From the IMG/VR virus record IMGVR_UViG_3300042391_001376, positions 140,905 through 204,904 of that record: 64,000 bases of DNA. The stretch is one strand, 5' to 3'. Made by a program: the position numbers and the translations under genes. This document shows, in pieces, positions 28,270 through 37,808 of this stretch. The stretch's first letter is position 1. Every line of letters begins with the position of its first letter. The notes below the pieces were generated by a model that was given only the letters and a program-made list of their open reading frames with translations, was not told the DNA's origin and did no database searches.

Positions 28270-28866
28270 ATGCAGAATAAATATAACAAATCAATTATAG
28301 GTGTTATAGCTATATTTTTAGCTTTAACAACTGGAGCCAATGCGCTACTTGCGCAAAAAGTTCCTGACATGGAACCTCCCAGTACCCCTTGGGTACTTAG
28401 ACACATTCCCGACATAATTGAAAGTAAAACAGCACAAGAACCAATTGCCTTTAAACATGGTGATGTATCATGGTTGGCAGACCTAGCTATTAAAGTAGGC
28501 TGGCCCAAGAAAACAATACCTCGCTTAGAGCACATTGTTCTTCGCGAATCAGGCGGTTGTCCTAACCGCATTGGTGGATCCATAGTTGATAAGAACTGTA
28601 ATATTATTGGACACACAGGTGCTACCAATAAATCCGACTCAGGATTATTACAGATCAACGGTGTTAACTGGGATCCTAAAAGACCAGGAACACAAATTGC
28701 TTGTGCTCGACTTAGGATATGTACACAGGAAGCTATATTAGATCCTGTCAACAATCTTAAAGTGGGACTTCTTCTTTATGAAGAAGCTGGTTGGGGACCT
28801 TGGGACCCATGTCAGTGGGGCCCAGAGTACGCAAGCAGATGCAAAACAATGCCTAAAATGCCTTGA
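28270..28866 (+). CDS. secreted lytic transglycosylase (SLT/lysozyme-like)
   Basis: signal peptide; RESGG catalytic Glu, DSGLLQIN, DPVNNL, GWGPW. Confidence 0.88.
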   Translation: MQNKYNKSIIGVIAIFLALTTGANALLAQKVPDMEPPSTPWVLRHIPDIIESKTAQEPIAFKHGDVSWLADLAIKVGWPKKTIPRLEHIVLRESGGCPNRIGGSIVDKNCNIIGHTGATNKSDSGLLQINGVNWDPKRPGTQIACARLRICTQEAILDPVNNLKVGLLLYEEAGWGPWDPCQWGPEYASRCKTMPKMP

Positions 28867-28888
28867 TGATAATAATCATTTAGGTTTA

Positions 28889-28902
28889 TAGGAATAAGAC
28901 GG
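28889..28902 (+). promoter_or_regulatory. TAGGAATAAGACGG motif copy 6
   Basis: intergenic, upstream of polymerase paralog 2. Confidence 0.55.
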
Positions 28903-28925
28903 GGGGCCGAAAGGCCCCCCTTTTT
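28901..28925 (+). terminator. GC hairpin with GAAA loop and T-run
   Basis: GGGGGGCC-GAAA-GGCCCCCC-TTTTT. Confidence 0.75.
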
Positions 28926-28992
28926 AGTTAACCCAAAAAACATCTTTTTTTGCTAATTCAAAAGTATAGCAAAAACTTAAACTGAAAGGTAC

Positions 28993-31626
28993 ATGAACAT
29001 GCCAATATATCAGCCTGCCGTCCGTTTACAAACAATGCACAACGGACCATTGCGAAGCATTAACGATTATCAATTTGGATTCTATGATGTCGGCTTCGGT
29101 CGGCAAGCTCTTCAATATCTTCACGAAGTAGAAGGTCTTGAAAATCCAATATTTAGAATGGCTACTATGCCAATTCCTTCCAATAAGATTGAAGCAAAGA
29201 TTGCAGAAGCATACATCCGTAATCCTAACATCTGCTATTCAATAGTAGATAAAAATAAGATCGTATTAGTACATATCAACGGCAACGATGGTTGGCTTGA
29301 TGTATACAAGAAACTTGGTTATGAAATCCTTAGTGGCGACAAGACAGCTAAGCGACTCAAAACCTTCCACCGTGCAGCATTGTTAAATGCTCACTTCACT
29401 AAAGATGAAATCAATGTCCAGATCGTAGATCCAGATGAATATTCATCTTGGTCATTTGAAGATCCATCCTTTCAAGAATGGGCTACAAAAGAATACCCTA
29501 ATATCGACGTTACAGATCCTAAGGTCATCGAGCGTTTGCTTGATGGCGGTTTCGTAATCTCTCGTAAGTTTATTCAGCGTGCAGCTGAAAACTTACCAGT
29601 ATACGAACCACACAAAACTTTAGATACTAAAGAATATTATTACGACTGGCGTGTTCGTAAGAACTTTATTAAAGATATGATGGAATGCTCTATATTCAAT
29701 ACTCGTATTGTATTCGAAGAGGGTTTCCTCAAGGGCAATGCCATCGTATCTGACAACATGCCAGAAGGTGTAGATATTATCACTACACGCACAAATATAA
29801 AGAACGAAATCAAGTATCACAATGGCTTTCAGTTTCTAGCTGAGCCAGTGGGATCGTATGATTCTGTTCTTACTGACACCCAAACTGTTATTAATCTTCC
29901 TAAACTATTCCCTAACGCTGATCTAGAGTATTGGCTTGACGAAGAATACAAAAAGATCTTTGATCTTGCTGTATCCGACAAGCTACTCACTAACTGGCGT
30001 GCAGTTTACAAGCGTCAGTTCCGCAAAATCCACGAAGCAGAAGACGAAGAAGCATATGCCCGCATGAACTATGTGGGCTATCGTTGGCGTAAGCTTGGCA
30101 TGAAAATCACTGATTCACCATGGTTGTTTGAAACCTTGGCGATCAGTCATGCCCGACCATTTGCCGATTCATCTAAGCCTCGTATACCAGTTCCATGCGC
30201 AATAAGTGAACAGGTTATTCCTGAGTCACTTTCTCGTATGGCTGGCTATGACATCGAAGTAGACCAAGGCAAGATACGACGTATCGAAGAACTTGGTGTA
30301 CACGTAGTTAGTGACCTTGACTGGCTAGAAATGTATGAGAGCCATGGCGGTCACGACGAGGACGACTACTTCAAGCTGTTCTATCGCACCATGCGTGGTG
30401 GCGAATACGACGGCAAGAAGGTAGTTATCATCTGCCGTTCACCCAATGACCTTGGTGAGTATTCAATCTTTGAATACACCGAAGGTGATTGGTCTCCAGT
30501 ATGGCACAACGCTGCTGGTATCCCAACAGAATTTCCAGAAATAAGCGGACGTGACTGGCCAAAGCGTTTAAGTAAAGCTATCTTTGATGGCGACATTACT
30601 TATTCAGGTTTGCCATCTAAATCACTACCTAAAACTAAGCCTGAACAGGCACCCTATACACCTGACGACGTCATTCGAGATATGAATATCGCAATGGCTG
30701 GCGGTCAAATCGGTGGATATGTAAATGCTTGCATGCTTTATTCTTCGGTGATTCACCGTCACCGTCCAATTCAATTGTGCACTTTAGAGACTGCTCTCGA
30801 CAAATGCATTAACCCAGATTCTATAGAAGATGTTATAGCAATTGACAACGAAGCTAAAGCTATTGTTCGTCAAGTTATCGAAAGCAAAACCCCAATCGAT
30901 CAATTCGTTTGGAGTACTCGTGGTTCAGCCCGTTTACTTGAAGAAGATGATGATCTTCTGATAGATGAAAACGGCAAGCTAACCATGATGTCTAAATTAT
31001 GCTATGATAAATTTGCAGAACACACTGCTCGCGTTCGTGAATGGGCACAAAATAATGCCCGTCCATCCGATCCACGCATAGCAGAATTGGGCAATAGCCA
31101 ATTGCAAATGTTCTATCATGCACTACCAATTGTCAACCAGTTCCGCTCAGGCATATGGTCAATTAATACATCTGAAGCAACAGCTGAAAATGGATCTATT
31201 GTACGCAACTCTTGGGAATATTTATATTCCAAACAAGTTGACATCATCAATTCATTTGAACTTGAATCTGATCGTCACGACTTCGTACTTGCACTATATT
31301 CTGTCTGTCTTAATGTGCCAACCAAAGGTGGCAAAATTACAGACCATTATATGATGAACAGATTTGTTTATCCATATCTAGAATCCGCTTTGCAGTATTA
31401 TGGTTTGGGCAAATCTGTCAACTTCCTGATGCAAGAAGATGGTGATGTTAAGATTCTCGAAACATTAGTTACCGAATGGAAGTTTACCGATCCTGAAGGC
31501 AACTCAACTTTATTCAATGATCCAATTGAATTTCAACAAGCTCAGTCTGTTTATTCTAAAGTTCAATTTGTTACAAATTCTGCTTCGTTACTTTCTTCGG
31601 AAGTACGAACTACTTCAAAGTATTAA
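28993..31626 (+). CDS. putative YonO/RdRP-like two-barrel RNA polymerase (paralog 2, variant DEDD loop)
   Basis: KTAKRL, LDGGFVIS, R...FLKG, NIK, RIPVP, GGHDEDDYF (acidic loop 30355-30366), ICRSP, IGGYVN; colinear with 16482..19157. Confidence 0.7.
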   Translation: MNMPIYQPAVRLQTMHNGPLRSINDYQFGFYDVGFGRQALQYLHEVEGLENPIFRMATMPIPSNKIEAKIAEAYIRNPNICYSIVDKNKIVLVHINGNDGWLDVYKKLGYEILSGDKTAKRLKTFHRAALLNAHFTKDEINVQIVDPDEYSSWSFEDPSFQEWATKEYPNIDVTDPKVIERLLDGGFVISRKFIQRAAENLPVYEPHKTLDTKEYYYDWRVRKNFIKDMMECSIFNTRIVFEEGFLKGNAIVSDNMPEGVDIITTRTNIKNEIKYHNGFQFLAEPVGSYDSVLTDTQTVINLPKLFPNADLEYWLDEEYKKIFDLAVSDKLLTNWRAVYKRQFRKIHEAEDEEAYARMNYVGYRWRKLGMKITDSPWLFETLAISHARPFADSSKPRIPVPCAISEQVIPESLSRMAGYDIEVDQGKIRRIEELGVHVVSDLDWLEMYESHGGHDEDDYFKLFYRTMRGGEYDGKKVVIICRSPNDLGEYSIFEYTEGDWSPVWHNAAGIPTEFPEISGRDWPKRLSKAIFDGDITYSGLPSKSLPKTKPEQAPYTPDDVIRDMNIAMAGGQIGGYVNACMLYSSVIHRHRPIQLCTLETALDKCINPDSIEDVIAIDNEAKAIVRQVIESKTPIDQFVWSTRGSARLLEEDDDLLIDENGKLTMMSKLCYDKFAEHTARVREWAQNNARPSDPRIAELGNSQLQMFYHALPIVNQFRSGIWSINTSEATAENGSIVRNSWEYLYSKQVDIINSFELESDRHDFVLALYSVCLNVPTKGGKITDHYMMNRFVYPYLESALQYYGLGKSVNFLMQEDGDVKILETLVTEWKFTDPEGNSTLFNDPIEFQQAQSVYSKVQFVTNSASLLSSEVRTTSKY

Positions 31627-31635
31627 GGAGACAAC

Positions 31636-31866
31636 ATGAAAATATCATCTAAACTTGGCAAGTACACAGGTAAATTCTGTCGTTTTATGAAACGAAGAGA
31701 AACACGCGCAGCGTGGCTAACAGCAGAATGGGCCGCAAGTACTTTAGCATTTGCTACAACAGTTTATGCATTGCTTGTAATTGGTTCCCCTTTACTAGCA
31801 TTGCTCTTTTTAGCTATTTACGCTTACGGTAGTTACGCATTGTTTTCAATAATGCTATCTAAATAG
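31636..31866 (+). CDS. small membrane protein
   Basis: two hydrophobic helices, AAGGAG RBS. Confidence 0.65.
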   Translation: MKISSKLGKYTGKFCRFMKRRETRAAWLTAEWAASTLAFATTVYALLVIGSPLLALLFLAIYAYGSYALFSIMLSK

Positions 31867-31877
31867 ATTGGATTTAT

Positions 31878-32480
31878 ATGTCTGATATTAAATATTCTAA
31901 CTTAGAAATGTTCTGCAAAGAACCACAACAAGAAATAATTAACATAAAGAAATCATTCGAAGAACACGTATCACTTGTCCCCGATACAAAGTTTAGACCT
32001 AAACTTATGTTGTTTGATTTCTTTGGAACTAAGAAATTTGGTATATCTTCTAAACAATATGATACCGAAAAAGATTTCTATATTTCAATTTCAGAAATGC
32101 TTTATGCCTACTCTGGCTTTAATGCTGGTTCATGTCTTTTGGTATTAGATTCTAATTCTAAAATAAATGATCATTCTTCTGGCGCTTTAGTTGTTTACTT
32201 TGCGTCAGACGATGCAGCTGCAAGCATCAAACTCTATTACCATCAAACTGAGTCTAACTCAATTGAATGGATTGAATCTGAAGATGAACATGAAGTGATA
32301 GATTTAAAATCTAAAGATTCACCAAATAGAATAGTTGAACTATTATTTGTTCACACTCATCTCGATAGAGAACCATTCACTCAATCTGAATTACTTTCCT
32401 ACTATTCATTGAAAGGTTATAACTTTAGATCTTTTAAAGATTTAAAAACTTTTTATATAGACTATAGTTTTAAAAACTAA
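31878..32480 (+). CDS. hypothetical protein
   Basis: 200-aa ORF. Confidence 0.7.
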   Translation: MSDIKYSNLEMFCKEPQQEIINIKKSFEEHVSLVPDTKFRPKLMLFDFFGTKKFGISSKQYDTEKDFYISISEMLYAYSGFNAGSCLLVLDSNSKINDHSSGALVVYFASDDAAASIKLYYHQTESNSIEWIESEDEHEVIDLKSKDSPNRIVELLFVHTHLDREPFTQSELLSYYSLKGYNFRSFKDLKTFYIDYSFKN

Positions 32481-32651
32481 TTATGAAACATAAAGAATAT
32501 AAAAATAACGCAAAACAAAACAACAAAAAAATCTGTTCTATTTCAAACAAGTCTGTATTAATTTCTACTATAATTAATGAAGACGAAAGTGATGAAGTAG
32601 ACCAGTTAATGGCAACTCACAAAACATTTCATTGGACGGAGTCTTACTAAA

Positions 32652-34331
32652 ATGACTTTAACTTTAAGACCTTATCAGATAGAAGCACTTGAATCTATTC
32701 AAAATCATCTAGACAAAGGTATAGTTAAACAACTTGTCGTTCTCCCAACTGGAGCCGGCAAGACTGTAATTTTTAGTAATATTCCTCAGACCATAAAAGA
32801 CAGTTTACCTATGCTAGTTTTAGCTCACCGTGGTGAGTTATTAACCCAAGCTAAAGATAAAATTCTTTGGTCTAATCCTCAACTGGATGTTCAGATTGAA
32901 AAAGCTGAAGATACAGCTGATCTATGCGATGTTGTAGTAGCATCTGTACCCACTTTGGGTAGAGCTGATTCTCAAAGAATATTAAAATATCCTAAAGACT
33001 ATTTTAAAACTATTATCATTGATGAAGCACACCACGCTGCTGCTGAAACATACCGTAGAATACTTGATTACTTTACTCCTAAATTTCTATTGGGTGTTAC
33101 AGCAACTCCTCAGAGATCTGACTCTGTTAGATTAACTGATGTATTTGATGAAATCACCTACTATAAAACTATTCAAGACTTGATCCAAGAAGGATACTTA
33201 TGTAGACTTGTTGGCTATAGAATAAAGACCGACACTGACATTTCAGAAGTGGAGACTTCGCATGGCGACTACATGGCATCCCAGTTGGAAGATACTATCA
33301 ATACTCCTACTCGTAACGCTATTGTTGTTAAATCTTATTTTGAGTTTGCGCAGAACAAAAAAGCAGTCGTATTCGCATCCGGTGTTAAGCACGCCAGAGA
33401 CTTGGCCGCATCCTTTGCGCAAAAGCAGATACCTGTACGAGTAATACTTGGAGACACTCCAGATGATGAACGAAAACAAGCACTTGCTGACTTTGCATCT
33501 GGTACTATCAAGGTAATAGTTAACGTTGGCGTACTAACAGAAGGGTTCGATGAGCCTTCTATCGGTGCGATTATACTTGCCCGACCAACACGTTCTTCCC
33601 TACTGTATACACAAATAGTAGGTCGTGGTACTAGACTTTACGAAGGTAAAGACAACTGCATTATCATAGATATTGCTGACACCACTAAAGGCAAGAAGCC
33701 TTTGGGATTACCAACTTTGTTGGGAATGCCACCTGAATTCGACCTGAAGGGTCAAGACCTAGTTGATGTAGCAGAAAAATATAAAGAGCTTGAAGACTAC
33801 TGTCCTGGTGAAGCTGTTCGTGTTTTATCTTTAGATGATATAGAACTAGCTTACAAACGTATCGATCTCTTTATGCCACCACCACCTAACGAAATAGTTC
33901 AAACCTATTCTCGTTTTGTTTGGGCCGAAGTAGCCGAAAATGATTTTCATTTAGGTATCAATCAGGATGAATCTATTAGAATTCATGTTGATGCTTTAGG
34001 CAGATGGACTACCACTCTAAAACAAAAAATAAAAGACGGTTCTAAAGATACTGTGCTTGGTCATCCAGAAGATATGCGTGAAGCATTTGTTCGTACCGAT
34101 AGGTGGATTACAAGTAACAGATCTTATAACCTAAATCTTTTAGATAATACTGCTGCTTGGAGATCTGATTCTCCAACAGATAAACAACACAAGATGCTTA
34201 AGCGCATGGGTATCCCAATCACTGCTGATATGACTAAAGGAACTGCTAGTCAGATTATATCTAAATACTATGAAGCTAATCCCAAGCCTAAATGGCTTGA
34301 AAACAAAATAGCTTCTAAAAAATGGAATTAA
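32652..34331 (+). CDS. superfamily II DEAH helicase (RadD/Irc3-like)
   Basis: LRPYQ, PTGAGKT, DEAHH, TATP, LTEGFDEP, QIVGRGTR. Confidence 0.95.
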   Translation: MTLTLRPYQIEALESIQNHLDKGIVKQLVVLPTGAGKTVIFSNIPQTIKDSLPMLVLAHRGELLTQAKDKILWSNPQLDVQIEKAEDTADLCDVVVASVPTLGRADSQRILKYPKDYFKTIIIDEAHHAAAETYRRILDYFTPKFLLGVTATPQRSDSVRLTDVFDEITYYKTIQDLIQEGYLCRLVGYRIKTDTDISEVETSHGDYMASQLEDTINTPTRNAIVVKSYFEFAQNKKAVVFASGVKHARDLAASFAQKQIPVRVILGDTPDDERKQALADFASGTIKVIVNVGVLTEGFDEPSIGAIILARPTRSSLLYTQIVGRGTRLYEGKDNCIIIDIADTTKGKKPLGLPTLLGMPPEFDLKGQDLVDVAEKYKELEDYCPGEAVRVLSLDDIELAYKRIDLFMPPPPNEIVQTYSRFVWAEVAENDFHLGINQDESIRIHVDALGRWTTTLKQKIKDGSKDTVLGHPEDMREAFVRTDRWITSNRSYNLNLLDNTAAWRSDSPTDKQHKMLKRMGIPITADMTKGTASQIISKYYEANPKPKWLENKIASKKWN

Positions 34332-34345
34332 CCTGATATACTTTC

Positions 34346-34807
34346 ATGGTGAATAGATTTGATATTAAACATCCTCAAATAACTCCTGAAAAATATATCT
34401 TAAATAAATCAGATAAAAGATATAATTATTTAAAAGGATTATACATCCCATCTGATCCTGTAGAAACTCCTAAAATAATATACGCTGATCCTAACGATGC
34501 TTTAGAAGAATACATATCTTATGATAGCAAGCTTGATATAATTCCATTACATAGCCGCTATCATATGTACGTTGATTTACTATATTATGTTGATCCCGAT
34601 AGTATTAATATTATTGCAACAAAAATATATAGATTAGCTTTTGCTAATAACATTGGAAGAAACAGTACAGAAATAATACATGGACCTGTAATGATTTACG
34701 GAACTTCAATTGATTCACTTAATTCTAAATATAAAAATTGTTCTGTTCCTTACGAAGTAATAGAACAAGCATTTAGATTATATGACAACTATTGTTACGA
34801 AATTTAA
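34346..34807 (+). CDS. hypothetical protein
   Basis: 153-aa ORF; N..AT...IHGPVMIYG. Confidence 0.65.
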   Translation: MVNRFDIKHPQITPEKYILNKSDKRYNYLKGLYIPSDPVETPKIIYADPNDALEEYISYDSKLDIIPLHSRYHMYVDLLYYVDPDSINIIATKIYRLAFANNIGRNSTEIIHGPVMIYGTSIDSLNSKYKNCSVPYEVIEQAFRLYDNYCYEI

Positions 34808-34863
34808 GTTACAGCAAAACCTCGGGGATAGACACAAACCCATACAATAAATAAGGAAACAAT

Positions 34864-35064
34864 ATGTTAAGTGTAGTTATAGGTAACGACATCAAAGATG
34901 TAGAAAAATTAAATACTGCTATTGATAAACTACAACAACTTAATAACGACAATCAAACAGATGAAGTTATTGATTGGTTAAAGGGTATACATAGCATCTT
35001 GACTGATAAAAATTTTGGTCAAGAAATGTATGACACGTCTGAATTACTAGACGAAACATTATAA
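34864..35064 (+). CDS. hypothetical protein
   Basis: AAGGA RBS. Confidence 0.6.
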   Translation: MLSVVIGNDIKDVEKLNTAIDKLQQLNNDNQTDEVIDWLKGIHSILTDKNFGQEMYDTSELLDETL

Positions 35065-35072
35065 CCGGTTAT

Positions 35073-35158
35073 GCCCAGGTGGCGGAACCGGTAGACGCAA
35101 GGGGCTTAAACCCCCTCGATTAGAAATGATCGTACGGGTTCGATCCCCGTCTTGGGCA
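35073..35158 (+). tRNA. tRNA-Leu(TAA)
   Basis: GCCCAGG/CTTGGGC, AGGGG-CTTAAAC-CCCCT, long variable arm. Confidence 0.95.
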
Positions 35159-35178
35159 CAAAAGAACAAAGGAACTCT

Positions 35179-36618
35179 ATGCGGAATAAGAGCCACTATC
35201 TAAAACTGTTGTTAACAACAGCATTAATGTTAACAGTTCTTGTTAACTCAAAAACTAATACAGCTAATGCTGGCGATGTTGCACCAGCTGTTTCAACTGT
35301 TAAGTTTTATCGTAAACTGACCAACTATTATTTGCCCAATTTATCATCTGCAGTCCCAAGAATGGGTGCAGATATAGCTTACAATAATAACTTCAGAGGA
35401 CAAGATTCCTTTATAGTTATTCTTGATACTGGCATTGAAGCTGTCCACTCATTCTTTGGTGGCAGAGTAGCACTTGAAGCTTGCTTCGCCGTCAAATGCC
35501 CCAATGGTCAAATATCTATGGTTGGTTCTGGTGCAGCAGCCCCAATTCATTGGCACGGTACCCATGTTGCAGGCATTGCCGCTGGACTTAACTCATCTAT
35601 TAGAGGTATAGCACCAAGCGCAAAGATCATTGCAGTAAATGTTTTTGCTGCAGATGGTTCTGCTTCAGACTCTGATCTTATTCGCGCATTACAATGGGTT
35701 GATTCTATATCTGATCAATATAATATTGCGGCTGTCAACATGTCTCTTGGTACACCAGGAACATTTAAATCTTCATGCAACTCTTATATACCAGATTTAA
35801 CTTCAATTATTTCTACATTGAAGTCTAAAAATATTGCTACTGTAGTTTCAGCCGGCAACGAAGGCCAGCGTGGAATGAGTTCCCCAGCATGCATTACAGA
35901 CACTGTCAGTGTTGCCGCAACTTACACTGCTGGAGACGGCAGTGACAGAGTTACTAGCTTTAGCAACGTTAATGAATTAACTGATTTATCAGCTCCTGGA
36001 TACAACATAGTGTCTTCCAAACTTATGGGTGCATATGGTGCATCTTCAGGAACATCTATGTCAGCACCTATGGTTGCTGGCGCATTTGCAGTATACCGTT
36101 CTAAGTTTGGCGTACAATCAGTAGATAAAGTAGTATCTGACTTTCAATCTACTGGAATCAACGCAGTAGATGATTACACCAAAATTGTTACAAAAAGAAT
36201 AGATTTTAGATCCCTGTTTTCAACACCTGGATCTACACCCCCACCACCCACCACAACTATTCCCTCACCAACTACAACAACTCCATCACCTACTACCACC
36301 GTACTTGATGAAGATGATGAATCAGAAGACTATTTAAATATTCCTTACATTATAACTTTGAAAAAGTTTGCAACTAGACTATCTTATATTCGATTAGACT
36401 TTACATACAGATATACAAATATACCTGTGTCTAATTTTATTTTAAGGTGCAGATATGCAGACAATAAAATTGTTGATAAAGTTATTAGCAATAGAAACAG
36501 AACAACTAATTCTTACTTTATATCAATATCTTCATTAAATATTCGCTCATGTAGAATGGCCGCAGTATCAACAGATGGTACTGTCGGTCAATTCTCCAAA
36601 TACATATTGGTGAAATAA
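35179..36618 (+). CDS. secreted S8 (subtilisin-like) serine protease
   Basis: LDTG, HGTHVAG, SAGN, GTSMSAP; signal peptide; P/T linker; start moved downstream of the tRNA. Confidence 0.95.
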   Translation: MRNKSHYLKLLLTTALMLTVLVNSKTNTANAGDVAPAVSTVKFYRKLTNYYLPNLSSAVPRMGADIAYNNNFRGQDSFIVILDTGIEAVHSFFGGRVALEACFAVKCPNGQISMVGSGAAAPIHWHGTHVAGIAAGLNSSIRGIAPSAKIIAVNVFAADGSASDSDLIRALQWVDSISDQYNIAAVNMSLGTPGTFKSSCNSYIPDLTSIISTLKSKNIATVVSAGNEGQRGMSSPACITDTVSVAATYTAGDGSDRVTSFSNVNELTDLSAPGYNIVSSKLMGAYGASSGTSMSAPMVAGAFAVYRSKFGVQSVDKVVSDFQSTGINAVDDYTKIVTKRIDFRSLFSTPGSTPPPPTTTIPSPTTTTPSPTTTVLDEDDESEDYLNIPYIITLKKFATRLSYIRLDFTYRYTNIPVSNFILRCRYADNKIVDKVISNRNRTTNSYFISISSLNIRSCRMAAVSTDGTVGQFSKYILVK

Positions 36619-36689
36619 TTATGTATATACTTCCATTAATTGGCATATTAATTATACTTGTTGTACTTTTAACTTAAAAACGGAGTTCT

Positions 36690-37004
36690 ATGAACTGGCA
36701 AGACAGAGCTTATTGCAAAGGGTTTACCCATATATTTTATGGTAAACTTGCTGAAAGACCACAAGCTACAGCTCGTAGAGAAGCAATTGCATATTCTATT
36801 TGCGCAAAATGTCCAGTCTTTAACGAATGCAGACAACATGCTAGAGCTCATGGCGAGCTAGGATATTGGGCTGGAGAAAATGAATATGATAGATATTTGT
36901 TAGGTTTTAAACCAATAGTTTCATTTGGTGCTTTTTTAAGATCTGCTCAGATTTATTTAGAAAGAAAACAAAAATTAATTAAAAAGGAAAATAAAACATC
37001 ATGA
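36690..37004 (+). CDS. whiB: WhiB-family transcription factor
   Basis: WQDRAYCKG...CAKCPVFNEC...GYWAG. Confidence 0.9.
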   Translation: MNWQDRAYCKGFTHIFYGKLAERPQATARREAIAYSICAKCPVFNECRQHARAHGELGYWAGENEYDRYLLGFKPIVSFGAFLRSAQIYLERKQKLIKKENKTS

Positions 37005-37243
37005 CTAAGAACAAAAAAATTGATTCTAAAATTAATGATATCAAAGATCATTTAGCAACGGCTATTTACACTAGAAGAACTAGTCTCGGATATACACAAC
37101 AACAGCTTGCTGATGTTTGTGCTATAGACCGCAAAACAATTAATCGTATTGAAAATGGACATTTTTCCCCAAACCTTGATACATTAGTGCGGATCTTTGA
37201 TATACTAGACATCAAATCAAAATCAGTGTTTGAAGCTAAGTAG
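37001..37243 (+). CDS. XRE-family HTH regulator
   Basis: TQQQLAD...RKTINRIENGHFSP. Confidence 0.9.
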   Translation: MTKNKKIDSKINDIKDHLATAIYTRRTSLGYTQQQLADVCAIDRKTINRIENGHFSPNLDTLVRIFDILDIKSKSVFEAK

Positions 37244-37361
37244 TAAAACATTATGAATTGGTTTGACTGGCTTAGAATTGCACTTGTTATTCCAGCTACT
37301 TTAGCTGTTATTGGATTAATTTTAGTGTTAGTTGATGACATTAAACAAAACAAATAAATAT

Positions 37362-37420
37362 TAATAGGGGATCCGTTAGCGTATAGCTCGGCTTAAACGA
37401 CACTGTGGTGTGCCCTATTA
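37362..37420 (+). ncRNA. candidate three-way-junction RNA immediately 5' of tRNA-Asn
   Basis: TAATAGGG/CCCTATTA closing stem, two inner hairpins, CTTAAAC linker. Confidence 0.45.
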
Positions 37421-37423
37421 TAT

Positions 37424-37499
37424 TGGCGAGTAGCTCAGTTGGCAGAGCAAGGGACTGTTAATCCCTGGGTCGTAGGTTCGAGCCCTACCTCGCCAGCCA
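37424..37499 (+). tRNA. tRNA-Asn(GTT)
   Basis: TGGCGAG/CTCGCCA, CT-GTT-AA, encoded CCA. Confidence 0.95.
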
Positions 37500-37670
37500 T
37501 GATACAACTTATAAAACAAATAATTTTACCTGGACCATTTGATCCAGACTTAAGACTACCAATTATTATTATTATATCAATGATTTTTTATATGAGAAAT
37601 TATATAAAAAGAAATTGGGATTACATTCAAGATGAACTTGATAGTGATTGGGAATAACATTTAATAGATT

Positions 37671-37743
37671 GCGCTTTTAGCTCAGTCGGTAGAGCACCGG
37701 ACTTTTAATCCGTTGGTCCTGGGTTCGAACCCCAGAGAGCGCA
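37671..37743 (+). tRNA. tRNA-Lys(TTT)
   Basis: GCGCTTT/AGAGCGC, CT-TTT-AA, GGTTCGAAC. Confidence 0.95.
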
Positions 37744-37808
37744 CAAGTGCTCGAAATAAAAACATACTGTGATATGTCTTTTGGCACAAGAACTACAAAA
37801 GGAACAAT

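Noticed and set aside
28076-28270. ydaO (c-di-AMP) riboswitch
   Set aside because: The GCTGAA...GGAACC...GGGGT...CAGCTAACC consensus is not present as a set
28215-28754. Long antisense ORFs (also 19486..19917, 57502..57849, 16613..16963 and others)
   Set aside because: Shadows of well-supported genes on the opposite strand, with no RBS or motifs
36230-36330. CCA/ACA-rich repeat in the subtilase
   Set aside because: Ordinary Pro/Thr linker coding sequence
37439-37657. ORF-track starts inside tRNA genes (also 35152, 40100, 61866)
   Set aside because: The N-termini are translated tRNA sequence; real starts lie downstream (37499, 35179, 40178, 61905/61911)
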